Made by a program: the position numbers and the translations under genes. DNA of 43,386 nucleotides, from NCBI GenBank assembly GCA_032718475.1, contig JAUCBJ010007643.1, positions 1 through 43,386 of the forward strand, in the 5' to 3' direction. A model generated the notes under the pieces. The model had not been told where the DNA came from, searched no databases, and saw only the letters and a list, made by a program, of their open reading frames with translations. Source of the stretch: Nemertoderma westbladi. Lineage: Eukaryota > Animalia > Xenacoelomorpha. Shown piece after piece: positions 1 through 12,110 of this stretch. Numbering within the stretch: the stretch's first letter is position 1; the number at the start of each line of letters is the position of its first letter.

Positions 1-136
1 GCGCATGGACTGGCTTCGGCTAATGTTTTTGGTTTGTTTTGTATTAAATCTTATCATCTTACAAAAGGCAGATTATCAATAAAGACATATAAATTTCGGC
101 AGGTTAAACTGCTGAAGGTCTATAAAAGCGCGTACA
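1..136 (+). mobile_element. 3' end (U5) of an LTR related to the intronic BEL/Pao element, opposite orientation, cut by the window edge
   Basis: Aligns to the reverse complement of 8198-8322: shared blocks GCGCAT(G/A)GACTGGCTTCGGCTAATGT and GGCAGGTTAAACTGCT(G/A)AAGGTCT, ending AAAGCGCG(T/A)ACA; the middle is diverged. Confidence 0.85.
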
Positions 137-1505
137 GCCTATACTGTATATCGTTCAATATGACTGTTATACACGTGTATCACAGACAGACAGTTTATAG
201 GCCTATTCTGTTAAATAGTCAGTCGCCAGCCAGAAACAAGGGAAGTAGGGTTTGGGGGGGGGGGGGGGGGGGGATAAGAAACCAACGTGTCCCAACAGTC
301 TACCCCACAAATAATACGCAATAATCCATTAGATACTGCCTGGGAACGTTAAGGAGAAAGTGTATCAAAACTCCTCCAGGTGATGTTTAGATATTTTTAT
401 CTAGTCTAGAACAACTCATATGGGGTGTTTTTAAGGGGATTACCCCCCCCCCCCTCCTCCCCCCAGTCTATTGATTTTATACATTAATAATTAATAAACA
501 ACGCCCAATCTCTCTTGTCTTCTTTATAAGCTGCCTGCCTGATAACACTATACCTTTAAATACTCACCCTAAACTCTAAAAAGCTTATATAGATCTAACA
601 ATTATCCGAATTGCTAACTGATAACGTTAAAACCTACCATTTTTTCCAATAACTCCACAGCTAATCTAAAACCTAGATTTAAAATAAATCCCAATCAATT
701 ACACATAAACTTAATCCTCTAAGCGTATAAGTAGGCGATGATCAACAATTTGTAAACCTCTTATCTTATCATCACCAATTACAGCAATACAGAACTTCCG
801 GAAAGTTTACAATAATTACATTTATCCACCAAGGTATGTACAGTATTATAAATTACGTAACATTTTTCCACATAAGCTCTACCTCATCCTGATACAACCA
901 TGTGGGAGCGGAATTGTAGGTTAAATCCCTGTTAAAAAGTGGGGATATTTTGTTAAAAATTGTACAATACTGTACTTACAAGATCTCATATAATTCGCTA
1001 ATCATGAGTAACGTCAGAAGTTTCCTAGCAACATCGGTATTTGAGGCAATATTATTGGTTAACTGGTTCGTTTTCCTGAATATATAAATAAAATCGTATT
1101 GGTCTCATGCCATATTTATATTGTTGATGGTGTTCTGTCTTTACCTAGCCTAGCCTGTATTTCTGAGATAGGTCAGTTAAACGATTGCATGACAGTATCA
1201 AATTAGATTATCATTGATTTATTACAATATAACCAGCCTGGTATAGGTGGGAATTCTATCCCAAAATCTTGAAAGAAACAACTGTATAATGAAACTGTAA
1301 TAACTATTAACTGCTATATTTCGCAATATAATTCCGTTCTATTTACACAAATATTTGGTCGTACTAATATTATCACATAATATTATATATTTTGTTATTG
1401 TATAATCAAAAACTAACTGTTAACCTTATAGGTAATATTGTGTAATGTAATATTTAGAATAATGGATTTCTTAATACGTAGGCTTACATTAATTAAGATA
1501 CGTTC

Positions 1506-1803
1506 GTGGGGCGTCGCGCAGCACGCGAACTTGAGCAAGTTCGAAACAAGTTCGATTTGATCTCGAGTCAAAAGTTCGAGAGGTATTTGCCCGTAACTTT
1601 CATAAATATTGGAACTTTTTCTCTAGTATGCCCATACCAAATTTGGTTGAAATGGTTAAAATCTTCAAAAGTTATTTACGAATGCATTTTTCATTTCAGA
1701 CGGACAGACAGACAGTCTGACAGAGAGACGGTAATGAAATATGCCCTATTTTCTAATTATAATTGTGCGCTAAGTCTCGCCCTGACTGCGAGGCTCGCCC
1801 CAC
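1506..1803 (+). mobile_element. Non-autonomous Helentron/DINE-like short element
   Basis: Short inverted repeat GTGGGGCG/CGCCCCAC, internal (GACA)n tract near 1700-1725, and a 3' hairpin CTCGC-N7-GCGAG. Confidence 0.4.
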
Positions 1804-2073
1804 AGTATGAATGCATTTAAATATAATAATAAACCCAAATTTTTCCTTTTCGAAGTACCGAACTTTGGTCTGACCCGAACTTTGGAATTGTTGACATGGG
1901 GTAAAAATTGTCATTAAAAAGACAAACCATTATTTCGAAGTTTTGTATATTTCGAAGTGTTGACTATTTCGAAGTATTGAACTTAAATTTTCATAGACCA
2001 ACATTACGTGAGTTGTTAAGAGAGGACCGCGGACCACCCCAAAATGAAAAATCAAGAACAGTCAAATAATATG

Positions 2074-2350
2074 GCCCATGTGAAGAATACCAGACTTTCT
2101 GCCCGTTACATTTCACTTTGCAGTTACCCCCATGTGAAGAATACCAGGTTTTCACCAAAAACACAGGTTACAGAAGGGCTGAATCTAACCAAAACAATAA
2201 ACGAATTAGTTTATGTCCAGGTTATACGACCGAAATAAGCGCTATAAAACACTTAATAAAGATAAATTTAAAAAAATGAAAAATCTTCATATATAAAATT
2301 CCAATAAAAAGTCGACCGAAAAGTGAAATCCTGGTATTCTTCACATGGGC
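2074..2350. mobile_element. MITE-like element
   Basis: Perfect 20-bp inverted repeats GCCCATGTGAAGAATACCAG / CTGGTATTCTTCACATGGGC, with a second copy of the left repeat at ~2128. Confidence 0.65.
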
Positions 2351-2696
2351 GAAAAATATCATTACCACTACTGGGCAGGTTCGTTACAATAAATAATATA
2401 TTTTCCTTTCCAGTTTTATACTAAACTTTTTACTGTAATAAATAATTACGAGATACAATAACTGTAAATATACACGAAACAATTATGAGTACTACAGTAC
2501 TACATACATAGTACTACATAGTATAGTATAGTAGTAACCAAGAGTACTACATAGTATAGTATACTACATAATACTTGTTACTTATATCACAATTTAATAA
2601 TAAGAAAGTAATTTACTGAAATTAATTATATTTGTTGGAAAAGTATTTTATAAATTTGCTACAGTTGAAAAATTCTCAATAATGGGAATAATTAAT

Positions 2697-2840
2697 TAAG
2701 TAATTTAAACAGGACTTAGGATGATCCAACTCTATAGCAAATGGAGCGGAACAAATGAAGTCGATTCATTTTGGCCAATTCATTTTTTCCGCTCGATTTG
2801 CCATAGAGTTGGATCATTTGTTATTTGTTTAAATTACTTA
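2697..2840. repeat. Hairpin/foldback MITE
   Basis: Outer arms TAAGTAATTTAAACA / TGTTTAAATTACTTA and inner arms ATGATCCAACTCTAT / ATAGAGTTGGATCAT. Confidence 0.7.
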
Positions 2841-3189
2841 TATAAATAAATTATACAATCTATGGATGTTAAAACATTTAAACAATGGAAATAATTATTA
2901 CTGTACTTGCAATGTTATGGCCGTTTTATATAGGTACTTTATTTACATCGCTGTATGTACAGTATGTTGCACAAAATTTTATTTAAAATAGTTTGATTTA
3001 AATACGATAAAGGCTTGATGAAACTATGTAAAGGGTAAATAAAAGCAGTCTAATAAAACTATGAAGATAAATGTTAACAATATTATGGCTGTTGTGGGAC
3101 AATAATTCCAGCTTCATTTTTGAGGCCAAGTTTCCGCTGCTCTGACTGTGCTGTAGTGGCATTGTCACGGACAATGTAAATGTAGCCTG

Positions 3190-4690
3190 TGTGCAAGTCC
3201 AGCACAAAACGCTACAAATCGAGCAAAGTCTACCCGAAGGACCAGAGCTGCTTCTGTGTACGGACGAGTCTTCTGGTCTTCAGCATACTCGAGAACAGAC
3301 GTTGGGTGCGACCTGGAGTCAAGGTTAACCAACCGAATATCGATGAATGCCTGGAACTACGGATTAGACATCCCCCCCCCCCCCCCCCCCCCCCTATCAC
3401 TCATACTGGCTCCTGGATGATGTTACGTGGACCGAGTGCGAACGATTCCAAATCCCCACAATTTCACGAACCTCATAGTATCATTGTATCACAAGGCCAC
3501 TCTTCTTACAATTTAGGTTGTGATTGAGATCGAAGTTGGCCCCGTATCCACCGCAACGGGTAGGAACTCTATTGGAGGGGGGGGGGGCAGCGAAATGGTA
3601 TTGTGGAACAACTCAGAAGGAAAAAGTCCTGTTGTAAGTTAGCCAGTGAGATCACATATATGCAGCCACTTGTCTTCTATAACTCTATATACTCTATATC
3701 CAGTGGCATTTGGTACACAATGTTGGCAAAGTCAAAGGCCTCTTATTCTTGCTTGACAATTCTGGCCGATGTCTTTGCTTCCTTGAGGCTGGCCAGATGG
3801 TCCATCAGAGAGGACGTTTATTCTCCTTTAATCATATGCGAGAGTATGTGCATGCCCCCTTCCGACGTGGTATACTGGGAGGCTGATTCTGCCTTTGGGT
3901 TTCTGATCCCGAGACTCCCATTACTTGGCGACATAATGAATTGGCTGCATTCAAACTCAGTGATATTGCCTCCCATCTTTGCTGGAAGAAAGCAGTCGGC
4001 GATTGCTCTTTTGAGCATATCATATCAAGCAGGCCATCACCCGCTGGAGGTAATCAGGGAGCAAGTCATCATGGACTTGAACACAGCATATGGTTGGGCC
4101 TCTACTATCTAAACCAACGGAGATGGCAGTTGAAAAGGAACAAGGTGAACATCAAGGCCACAAGTCACTCACGTTCCAAAGAGCAGCCTTCCTATTCAGC
4201 ATGTTGAAAGTATTCGCTGTATCCACCAACAGTATGTCCCAACTATTGCCGCAGCATGCCTCAAAAATCGCCACCATCTTTTGGATCACTACTTCCATCC
4301 ACCCCAGCTGATGTTCCGAGAGCTGCTCTGATCTACTGGTATTAGTTGCATTGTCGCACAAGAATGCGCTCAAAGTGCACATTAACGAGATTGTGTTGGA
4401 GACCTCTAACAAAGGTCACCTAGCTAGCAAGCAGTTCAACAATGTCACAGCCAACAGCACTTGGCAGATGATATTTAGTTTGACTGAGTTGAGTGGCACG
4501 CCACCAGTGGTGCATCAATTGATCTGGTGGTTCACCCCCAACTAGATTGGCCCCAAAATCAGTTATAAGCCGGTTTGGGTCTAAGTTTGTGGAGTGTCTG
4601 TCAGTTAACCAGTTCCCTCCAAAATTGGTGTCTCAAGTGATGGCTTGTGCTAGCTGAAGAGGGACATCTGACATATACGCCATACGGGTG
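3190..4690 (-). mobile_element. Degraded CRE-like non-LTR retrotransposon (RT, zinc knuckle, restriction-like endonuclease)
   Basis: Minus-strand remnants in the expected order: LLVDTANTFNMLNRKAALWN (RT), CFLPAKMG...GSLGIRNP, FDLNHNLNCKKSG (knuckle), AFIDIRLVNLDS...QKTRPY (endonuclease). Many stops and frameshifts; ends approximate. Confidence 0.7.
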
Positions 4691-4732
4691 TTTGAGTGGT
4701 GTTGTAATTGGTAGACTGAATTTGTAAACTTG

Positions 4733-5539
4733 AAGACCTGGGATTCACACCTCAAGAACGCAGAAGTAGTAGATGATATCCGGCAACTACAGTGACAGAC
4801 ACCGACTTTGCGGATGACATCGCCCTGCTCTCTAATACCCTAGCAGATGCACAGCTTCTACTAAATAAAGTGGAGATGGCTGCAAAGGAGGTTGGATTGC
4901 ATATAAATGCTACAAAGACCGAATTCATGACCTTTAATGTTGATGGAAACTTGACAACCATTGATAATAATCAACTAGGGAAGGTCGATGACTTCCAGTA
5001 CCTTGGATCATGGATAGAGAGTAGCAAAAAGGACATAGAAGTTAGGAAAGCAAAGGCTTGGGTAGCTCTATCAAAAATGGATACCATCTGGAAATCAGAT
5101 CTCTCCAGGCACCTGGAGACTAAGTTCTTTCTAGCCACTTTGGGGGGTGAGACCTGGACACTGGCTAAATCACTTGAACAACGAATTGATGGTTGCTACA
5201 CAAGACTACTAAGGGCAGCCCTAAACATCAGCTGGAGACAACACATGACAAACGCCGAGCTTTATGGTACAATACCACCTGTATCAACCACCCTCCGTGA
5301 ACGCAGATTAAGATTCAGGGGCACTGCTGGCAAAGTAAAGACGAGGTCATACCAGATCTACTTTTCTGGCAACCAACTCATGGAAAGCGTAGTCGTGGAC
5401 GACCGGCCATAACATATATAGATCAACTTGAAAGGGATACTGAACTTAGGAGAAACGAAATTGCGACAACTATGGAGAATCGGAAAGCCTGGAAGGATCT
5501 CATTTCCACTGTCCGAGTTCGCTCGACCTAGTAGTAGTA
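4733..5539 (+). mobile_element. 5'-truncated RTE-clade LINE with (TAG)n tail and ~39-bp target-site duplication
   Basis: RT motifs DTDFADDIALL, FQYLGS, IDGCYTRLLRAALNISW, RRLRF; TAGTAGTAG tail at 5529-5537; flanking direct repeat GAGTGGTGTTGTAATTGGTAGACTGAATTTGTAAACTTG at 4694-4732 and 5544-5582. Confidence 0.92.
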
Positions 5540-5822
5540 TTTGGAGTGGTGTTGTAATTGGTAGACTGAATTTGTAAACTTGGTTGGTAAACTTGGTAAA
5601 CTCACTGGGGTCTAATTTGGTGGTCTAATTCAGGTGTTGGTGAACGATGCTTGGTTGGAGGTCTGCTGATAGTAGTTCATAATCGGGTGCATCCACATTG
5701 TCTGGTTGTGCAGCATACTTGGCTCGTGATGCCACACTAGCAACAGCGTTGGAAGCCTTGTAACATCGAGAGGATAGGATCAAAGGCTGATGCTATTTTG
5801 TTTGGCAAATTTCAAATATCTA

Positions 5823-6177
5823 ATCTAATCTAATATATATAAATATTCATTGTCTGTCTGTGAGTCTATCCAAGCTATACGTTCCAACACACGTGCACCA
5901 ATCTGAGCAAATGATACATCGATCGAAAGCTCTCGTCCTGAGCACGTAAACCATCGCTATCTGGAGGCTAAATTTACGTGTTTGCTTGCGTGAATGCTTA
6001 TTTTGTCGTCGCCGCAACATGTTGTGTGTCACTATCACTAAGTGATTCGAATATTCCTTTTGGCAGTACATGCCTGGCGAAGCTGAGAGTAAAGTGTTAG
6101 CAAGGCAGCTAGCTACTGGCAGACCAATCATCTCTTGAGGTGGCCTGCGCAGGCAGGCTGGGTTGGTTAAGTAGTAA
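5823..6177 (+). mobile_element. Possible non-autonomous Helitron-like element
   Basis: Begins ATCTAATATATATAAA followed by a (TGTC)n tract and ends in a GC-rich stretch with an imperfect CTAGT-like terminus. Confidence 0.35.
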
Positions 6178-6967
6178 TCTCAATAAATAGGACCCAGTAG
6201 GAGAGCGGAGTGGAACTACTGTGATTGGTTCCGTTACCCTACAATTTGGGTCTTGACTCTATCATGTGCGTGCATCTATATTATGCAGACCATCCTGAGC
6301 CCGTAAACATGAATTGTAAAGGCTATCTCGAGGCTGATTTTTTACACATTTACTTGATATTGCATGAATACGTATTTGAGGTAAAAGTGCATTATTCTGC
6401 AGTTGTTACTGGTCAGCAAGCAGGAAATTATAACAGCAGTTGCATCATTGTAACCACTCTGTTCTAACTGACACTTTGCAGAAGAAATTCTACCTAACCA
6501 TAGGCTGCGTGTTGGGAGGACGCCGACCAGTTTGCGGTTCTTTAGTCTGCCACAAGGAGGCGAAATGTCTGAAAGTGAAAATCTTATCCTATTTTGTTAT
6601 TAATAATGATTTTTAGCTGATACTTAGGTCCTTTACACAACACGTTTATGATGTTATTTTGCTGATACCAAGCAGAGTATACTACACCGTAGGTTGTGCA
6701 TTTGGGGAGACGATGACCAATCTACAGTCCCCAGTCTGCCGCTATTAGGGGATGAAATGTCTGAAAGAGGAAACCTACAATTTTGTTGTTTATGAATGCT
6801 TTTTTGCTGAAACTTGGCACCTGGCATTGTATGTAGCTGCAATTAAAGCGGCATCAGTCTGTTTGTTTGAGAGAATGCTCACTTATGTAAAGTTTTGTTA
6901 AGTTAAGTAATTAATTAATTTATGTTTGATATTGTCCATTGATTGATTGACTGTATAGAAGCTTGTG

Positions 6968-7006
6968 AACTAGAAAGCCGTGGCAGAAGTCTGCGGCTTT
7001 CTAGTT
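6968..7006. repeat. 13-bp perfect inverted repeat upstream of GPCR exon 1
   Basis: AACTAGAAAGCCG-N13-CGGCTTTCTAGTT. Confidence 0.7.
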
Positions 7007-7368
7007 GTACAAACAATATCGTTTAATATTATAATCGGTAGTGATAGCCTGCTGTGAAATAAATAGTTGTGATTGTAACGAGTAACAAATGGTTCAATAA
7101 TGGAAGCTGATTTACCATATGAACGCCTGTAACTCCCCTGTGACGCAACATATTATGTAGATAGAGAGTCTTTTGCTATAAAGTGATAGCCACATATGAA
7201 ACAGTTGGCATATCTCTGGCCGCTATCTGATATAATTGCAGACAGTCTATGCGTGGTAAATAGCCATTATTTTCTCTGTGATTGCGATTTACTATATTTG
7301 ATAAAATTGAAACAATTTTGCTGTTTATATATTCAGTAGATTTAAACTTGTTACTTTTCTATTTAATC

Positions 7369-7544
7369 ATGATTTTATATACAAACAATAATCAAACAGA
7401 ATCCGTTCACAATTATTCAATGGAAAGTGACGAAATAAATGTCTTTGGAGAACAAAGAATATTCATTTACATCATCACGATATTGGCTATTGTAATGTCA
7501 ACAATAGGAAATGGATTAATAATTTTCATAGTTTTATGTAAAAG
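7369..7544 (+). CDS. Class A GPCR coding exon 1 (N-terminus and TM1)
   Basis: MILYTNNNQTESVHNYS...ILAIVMSTIGNGLIIFIVLCK: two N-glycosylation sequons, the TM1 GN motif, donor AG|GTATGT (phase 2). The start ATG is inferred. Confidence 0.85.
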
Positions 7545-7569
7545 GTATGTAATAAATACATGCATAAAT

Positions 7570-7675
7570 GTACTACTACTATTATATGGTACTACTATAA
7601 TTGACATGCTGCATTGCAGCTGCATCCTACATTAGGGGGATTATACTTGCTCCGCAACAACCCCTATCATCCATT
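7570..7675 (-). mobile_element. 3' tail remnant of the second RTE family
   Basis: (TAC)n remnants and CATGCTGCATTGCAGCTGCAT, shared with the copies at ~28428 and ~34313. Confidence 0.7.
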
Positions 7676-8197
7676 GCGTTTGGATTCCTGGGTTTTTAAT
7701 CCGCTGTTACAAAGATTAGGTACCACGCCCACCTCTAAATAGTCTTTTTATGCCTCTGCTCTATGCGTCCTGTACTATGTCCTATGTCTTTATGATGTTC
7801 CCAAGCTATTAGTTTTTCTGCATATCTTGTATCTTGGATAATGTCCTCTTTCTAAGTTTAGCAGCCTCGACTCAATAGTCGTTCTTGCCTTACTTCGATA
7901 TCATCACGTGAGTGGAATCTATCTTGATTGAAATACTCATCGATAAATCTAGATTTTGGATCCTATATTTATAACCTACCTGTTCTTCCTTGACTATCGC
8001 GATAGCTACATATTTTTCTTCCTGTTGATCTAACTCTGTTTGTTCAACAGCCCCCTCTATAGGATGTAAATCAAATCATCCACCTAAAAGGCGTTGATTT
8101 TCCCTAAGGACCACTTCCACTAACTCACTTATCATTTATTTTGTCGAATTAAGAGAAGGATTATCTACTCCGAGTAAAAAATTACAATAGGGGTATC

Positions 8198-9382
8198 TGT
8201 TCGCGCTTTCAGACCTTTAGCAGTTTAACCTGCCAAATTGGGATGTCTCTTAGATGATAGATCGTCTTTAGCCTATGACAAGTATTTGATACACTACATT
8301 AGCCGAAGCCAGTCTATGCGCGATCATTCACCCGCTGGATATACCCGGGAGACTGGATTCGGAAGCCTAACCGTATTGCGGGGTAGGCCTACTGTATTAT
8401 TCGACTGATCGTAATATATAATCTCTGACAAATATTATTCACTTTCGGGAAATATTAACAGTTCCTTTAGGACGTGGCGCTCTAAATATGTAAACAGAGT
8501 TATGACTTAAACTAGACACAACGGGATGGTTATAGATTCACGTATATGGCGCATTCTTTAGGAGATGCTTTGTTATCAGTCACAATCATACACAATACTG
8601 CACAATACTGCACACTGATCTGCCGACCTTCACTAATTTTAGTCACATATAAAGAGAACAACAGACAATACATGTAGGGCCTATAAAATAGCATTAGATT
8701 CACTTCAAACCACTTAATGTAAGTCGCAATCGTTATATGTAACCGGTCTCTCTAACCTTTAGTATATCAAGAAGATTGGGGTGTCTGATTATTTATCAGT
8801 ATTCCAAATATAATATTCCATCAACAAATATAATGAATAACCGACAGTAAATAGCAGTACAAAGTTTAAGGTGTGAATGGTTATGAATGCAGTGAGTTTC
8901 GTTATGATTTGGTATGATTAGTTAAGGTTTGGATTGATAACAGATATACGTTCTATAATTAAGCCCACCAATGTTGGGCTAAAGACCGAAACACGGAGGT
9001 TCCAAAGCCGGTGTTGTAGGCTGTGGACAAAATCACATACTGACTCAACTCCACGAGTTTCTATATACAATCTCTAACTCAGAGGCAAAAAACGCTCTGA
9101 TTGGTCGACCGAACAAAGAAGGAACAGAGAACAACGAAAAGCTCCACGTGTACAGCACCAGCTGTTAGCCGTCGTCACGGCAGCTACACTGTTTCAAGAG
9201 GATCCGGTGCATTGCGTCACAGAACTGCCAATCATGTCCGCCAAATCACACATACAGAAGAAATGGCTCCCATGTCCTCCAAAACACCAGTACAGCAAGG
9301 ACACGGCCCCTTATGCCTGTTAAACCATCTACAGAGCACTTTACGGGGAAAACAACCAGCCAATTCCGCAAAAGCCTTTATA
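8198..9382 (-). repeat. 3' LTR (1185 bp)
   Basis: Direct repeat of 23040-24219 with about 17 differences by eye; the inner terminus reads TA instead of TG on the element strand. Confidence 0.97.
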
Positions 9383-9390
9383 CCGCTCCC
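9383..9390 (-). promoter_or_regulatory. Polypurine tract
   Basis: GGGAGCGG on the element strand directly abutting the 3' LTR. Confidence 0.7.
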
Positions 9391-9453
9391 AGAAAATGGG
9401 ATTTAAGTCTATAAAATATAACAAATCACAGTTTCTAAAATATAAAAATACTC

Positions 9454-10981
9454 TCAGTTAGTCTTTCTTACGAGGACGGCGTTTACGCAGTTTTTTGAGG
9501 CTAGCAAGAGTCCTTTTCTCTTTGGGGCGAGCCACTTTACTAGGAGGGCTATAAATCCTGGGTGAAGGGTGCAATATGATTGCATCAGAAGGTGTAGGAT
9601 TATGGTCGGGGTATCCGCCGTTTCGATATGCTTCTCCTCGAGCTGATTTTCCTCCGCTCGTAGCTGGATACGTTCATCCAAAAACTCTCGCAGAGAATAG
9701 GGTCGTCCAAGTGCGATAACTTCGTAGAGATTCTGGATTTCCCGATCGAACTGAGATAAATTTACTTTGTTTACCGCTTGGACTTGCTAGTGCAATTTAC
9801 ATTTATCTGAACAAGCGTAAGTTCCTTTTCTGATCTTTGTAGAATAGCGTCAAACTCATTTGGTACAACGCTCTCCGCCACTTTGGTGACAGGTTATATC
9901 GTGTTAAGCCGGGACGATGGTAAGGGTTAAACGGCGATATTAAATGTCCGCTTCCCAATCCGGCTAGGTAGGATGGGCTAATATCTAGGAAGCCCACAAC
10001 CGGGGTGCCACCGACTAATTGTTCAGGTAACACTAGATCTTTGAGCAGTGAGTACAGCTCGGGAGGATCCGTCATACTAATAGGATCAAGAGTCTGAGGT
10101 CTCACTAGGGAATGAGGAGGTCTGATCGAGTATTCCGAAACTCTGATCATTGGTTTATTTAAGGATCGTCTGAGTCGAACGAGCGTAGGTGATACATCGA
10201 ACAAGTTTCGCTCGAAACTCCCGTAAATATAGCGAGTAAAACCGTGTTTAAAGCAACGTCTCCGCGGATGTTTATGTCTTTTCGTTTGTTGGTTGGGTCT
10301 TGGGCATTCATTGCAATAATACCTAAGACGCACGTCTTGTAGGGGAAACGCGGGTGATCGTTCTCCAGTTTTACAATATTCCTCCATCTGTTCGAAGCTA
10401 TCCGGTACAACAGGTAGCGGTCGATCGGCGGTAAGATACATCATAGTGGAATAGAGCCGTTTGAGTTCTACCATGCGGTCATGATGTATACCTTGAGGAT
10501 ATCGAGTTTCTAGATTCTGTTGACTGGTAATATCGAGATAGGTTTCTCTCAAGAATTCCAGGTATTTGGTGAAGTCGCTGCGTTTATCCGGCTCTTCAAC
10601 ATCTGCACTTTCGAGTCAGTTTCTAATAGAATTTTCGTGTTCGAGTCTCAGTTTATCGTTCCGCTTCCGCTGGGTATGATATTTAAATAAAACCATTTCC
10701 CTTTTGGTGTCTATATCGTTCGTATCGTGTAGGTCGATAGGATGACCAGTAGTTAAGAAGTCCATATACGTACCATTACGATGTGTATAGCGAGCGGTGA
10801 ATTTTCTACAGTCCAACCCACGCGCAAGTTGCTCCCGGGACATTGGCGGTTAGATATAACGACCATCGTCCTCCGTAGTAGTTGGACCAGCGTCGCCGCA
10901 TATCAAGCTATCAACAAACGCTTGTAAAGGTAGAGTATATCGCTCCCTGATACCAAGATCATCTTCTATCAACTCAATCAT
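9454..10981 (-). pseudogene. Extra ORF (~500 codons, unknown function) between pol and the 3' LTR
   Basis: ATG at 10981; track ORFs 10616-10843 and 9803-10552 share one frame, interrupted by TAA (10850) and TGA (10616). A frameshift near 9830 and a TAG at 9787 would join ORF 9454-9681. Confidence 0.75.
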
Positions 10982-11814
10982 ATCTGCTATATAAGTTTAT
11001 CCATATTATAATGAGTTTATATTTAGGCGAGCGGGCGTCGCTGCCTACCCCTCTCTGCCCCCGGACAGTGCGAGATCCTCAGCGCTGGTGTACTTTCGCC
11101 GATGTGCCTATCGCCAACGTCGTAGCTGCACAACGACTACAACAACCAGCACAAGTCACTCCACCGTCCGTCCCAAAGGCTTAGATATACTTCAGGTTCT
11201 TACTGGAGAGTTAGGGCTACTTTCACAATTGCGACTCGCTACTGTAAACACACCTTAGTAGTAACATTCACCTACAAACGCACAAATTCCACGTAACTGT
11301 CACAAATGGTACACATTCTATCACACATTCGGGTCATTTGTCCGTTAGTCAAGTGCCTTCCAGAATGTCACGTTGTTATTATGTATCCTTGGATATTAGC
11401 AGTGCGCTATTTATTCCCTATGCTATTCAATGGGGCAAGCTTTCTATTGTTCTTTTAACTCACTTCCAATTCTAGCGTGGTTGTTGCCATGGTGACATTA
11501 TGGAAAGCTAGCGGTAGAATTAGGGTAATTCTCATGCATACAGATCTGGGATGCTATTTAATAGTAATTCTTTAATGGTCAATATCCCCTTTATACATGA
11601 TTTTATGAATTTTATCGGCTATTGACTATATATTGGAGATTCTCGCACACTAATATACTTAATAGAGTGAATCTCCGCTCCCATGATCTATTAATTAATG
11701 GAATTTTAGGAATGTTATAAATTGTATAAAAATGACAATTTATTAAATTCATTAAAATATATGAATTTAAATTTATTCCCGTAAATTTTATTATTTAATG
11801 TTAAATAGACACAA

Positions 11815-12110
11815 TTTTATTCCAGAACGTGTCTGGGGACTGGGATCCTTGATTCTAGGAATTTTGACCTTTTAAGAGTATCGGTAAGTGCTACGATATC
11901 TTAATCGACTAGAATTTTAAAGGATCTAAAATTTCGACAGATTTTATAAATATTAATAATTAATATTTAGGATGGGCACCAGTTTATTCCAGAACTTGTC
12001 TGGGGACGTTAACCACTGATTCTAGAATTTGTCTTTCAAGTATATCGGTGGGTGCCGCGATATCTTAATCGACTAGAATTACAGATGGTCAAAGGGTTTA
12101 ACAGATTTAT
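11815..12110. repeat. Diverged two-copy ~165-bp direct repeat in the pol-extra ORF spacer
   Basis: TTTATTCCAGAAC(G/T)TGTCTGGGGAC...CGATATCTTAATCGACTAGAATT at ~11817 and ~11983. Confidence 0.85.

Noticed and set aside
254-273. Long poly-G/poly-C tracts here and elsewhere in the window
   Set aside because: Common simple repeats, often inside MITEs, with unreliable lengths; the poly-Pro/Gly ORFs they create are spurious.
9101-9406. ORFs inside the LTRs (also 23943-24302)
   Set aside because: The frames are not preserved between the two LTR copies and have no recognisable motifs.
9454-10981. Calling the extra ORF env
   Set aside because: No signal peptide, no convincing transmembrane anchor and no recognisable fusogen motif.
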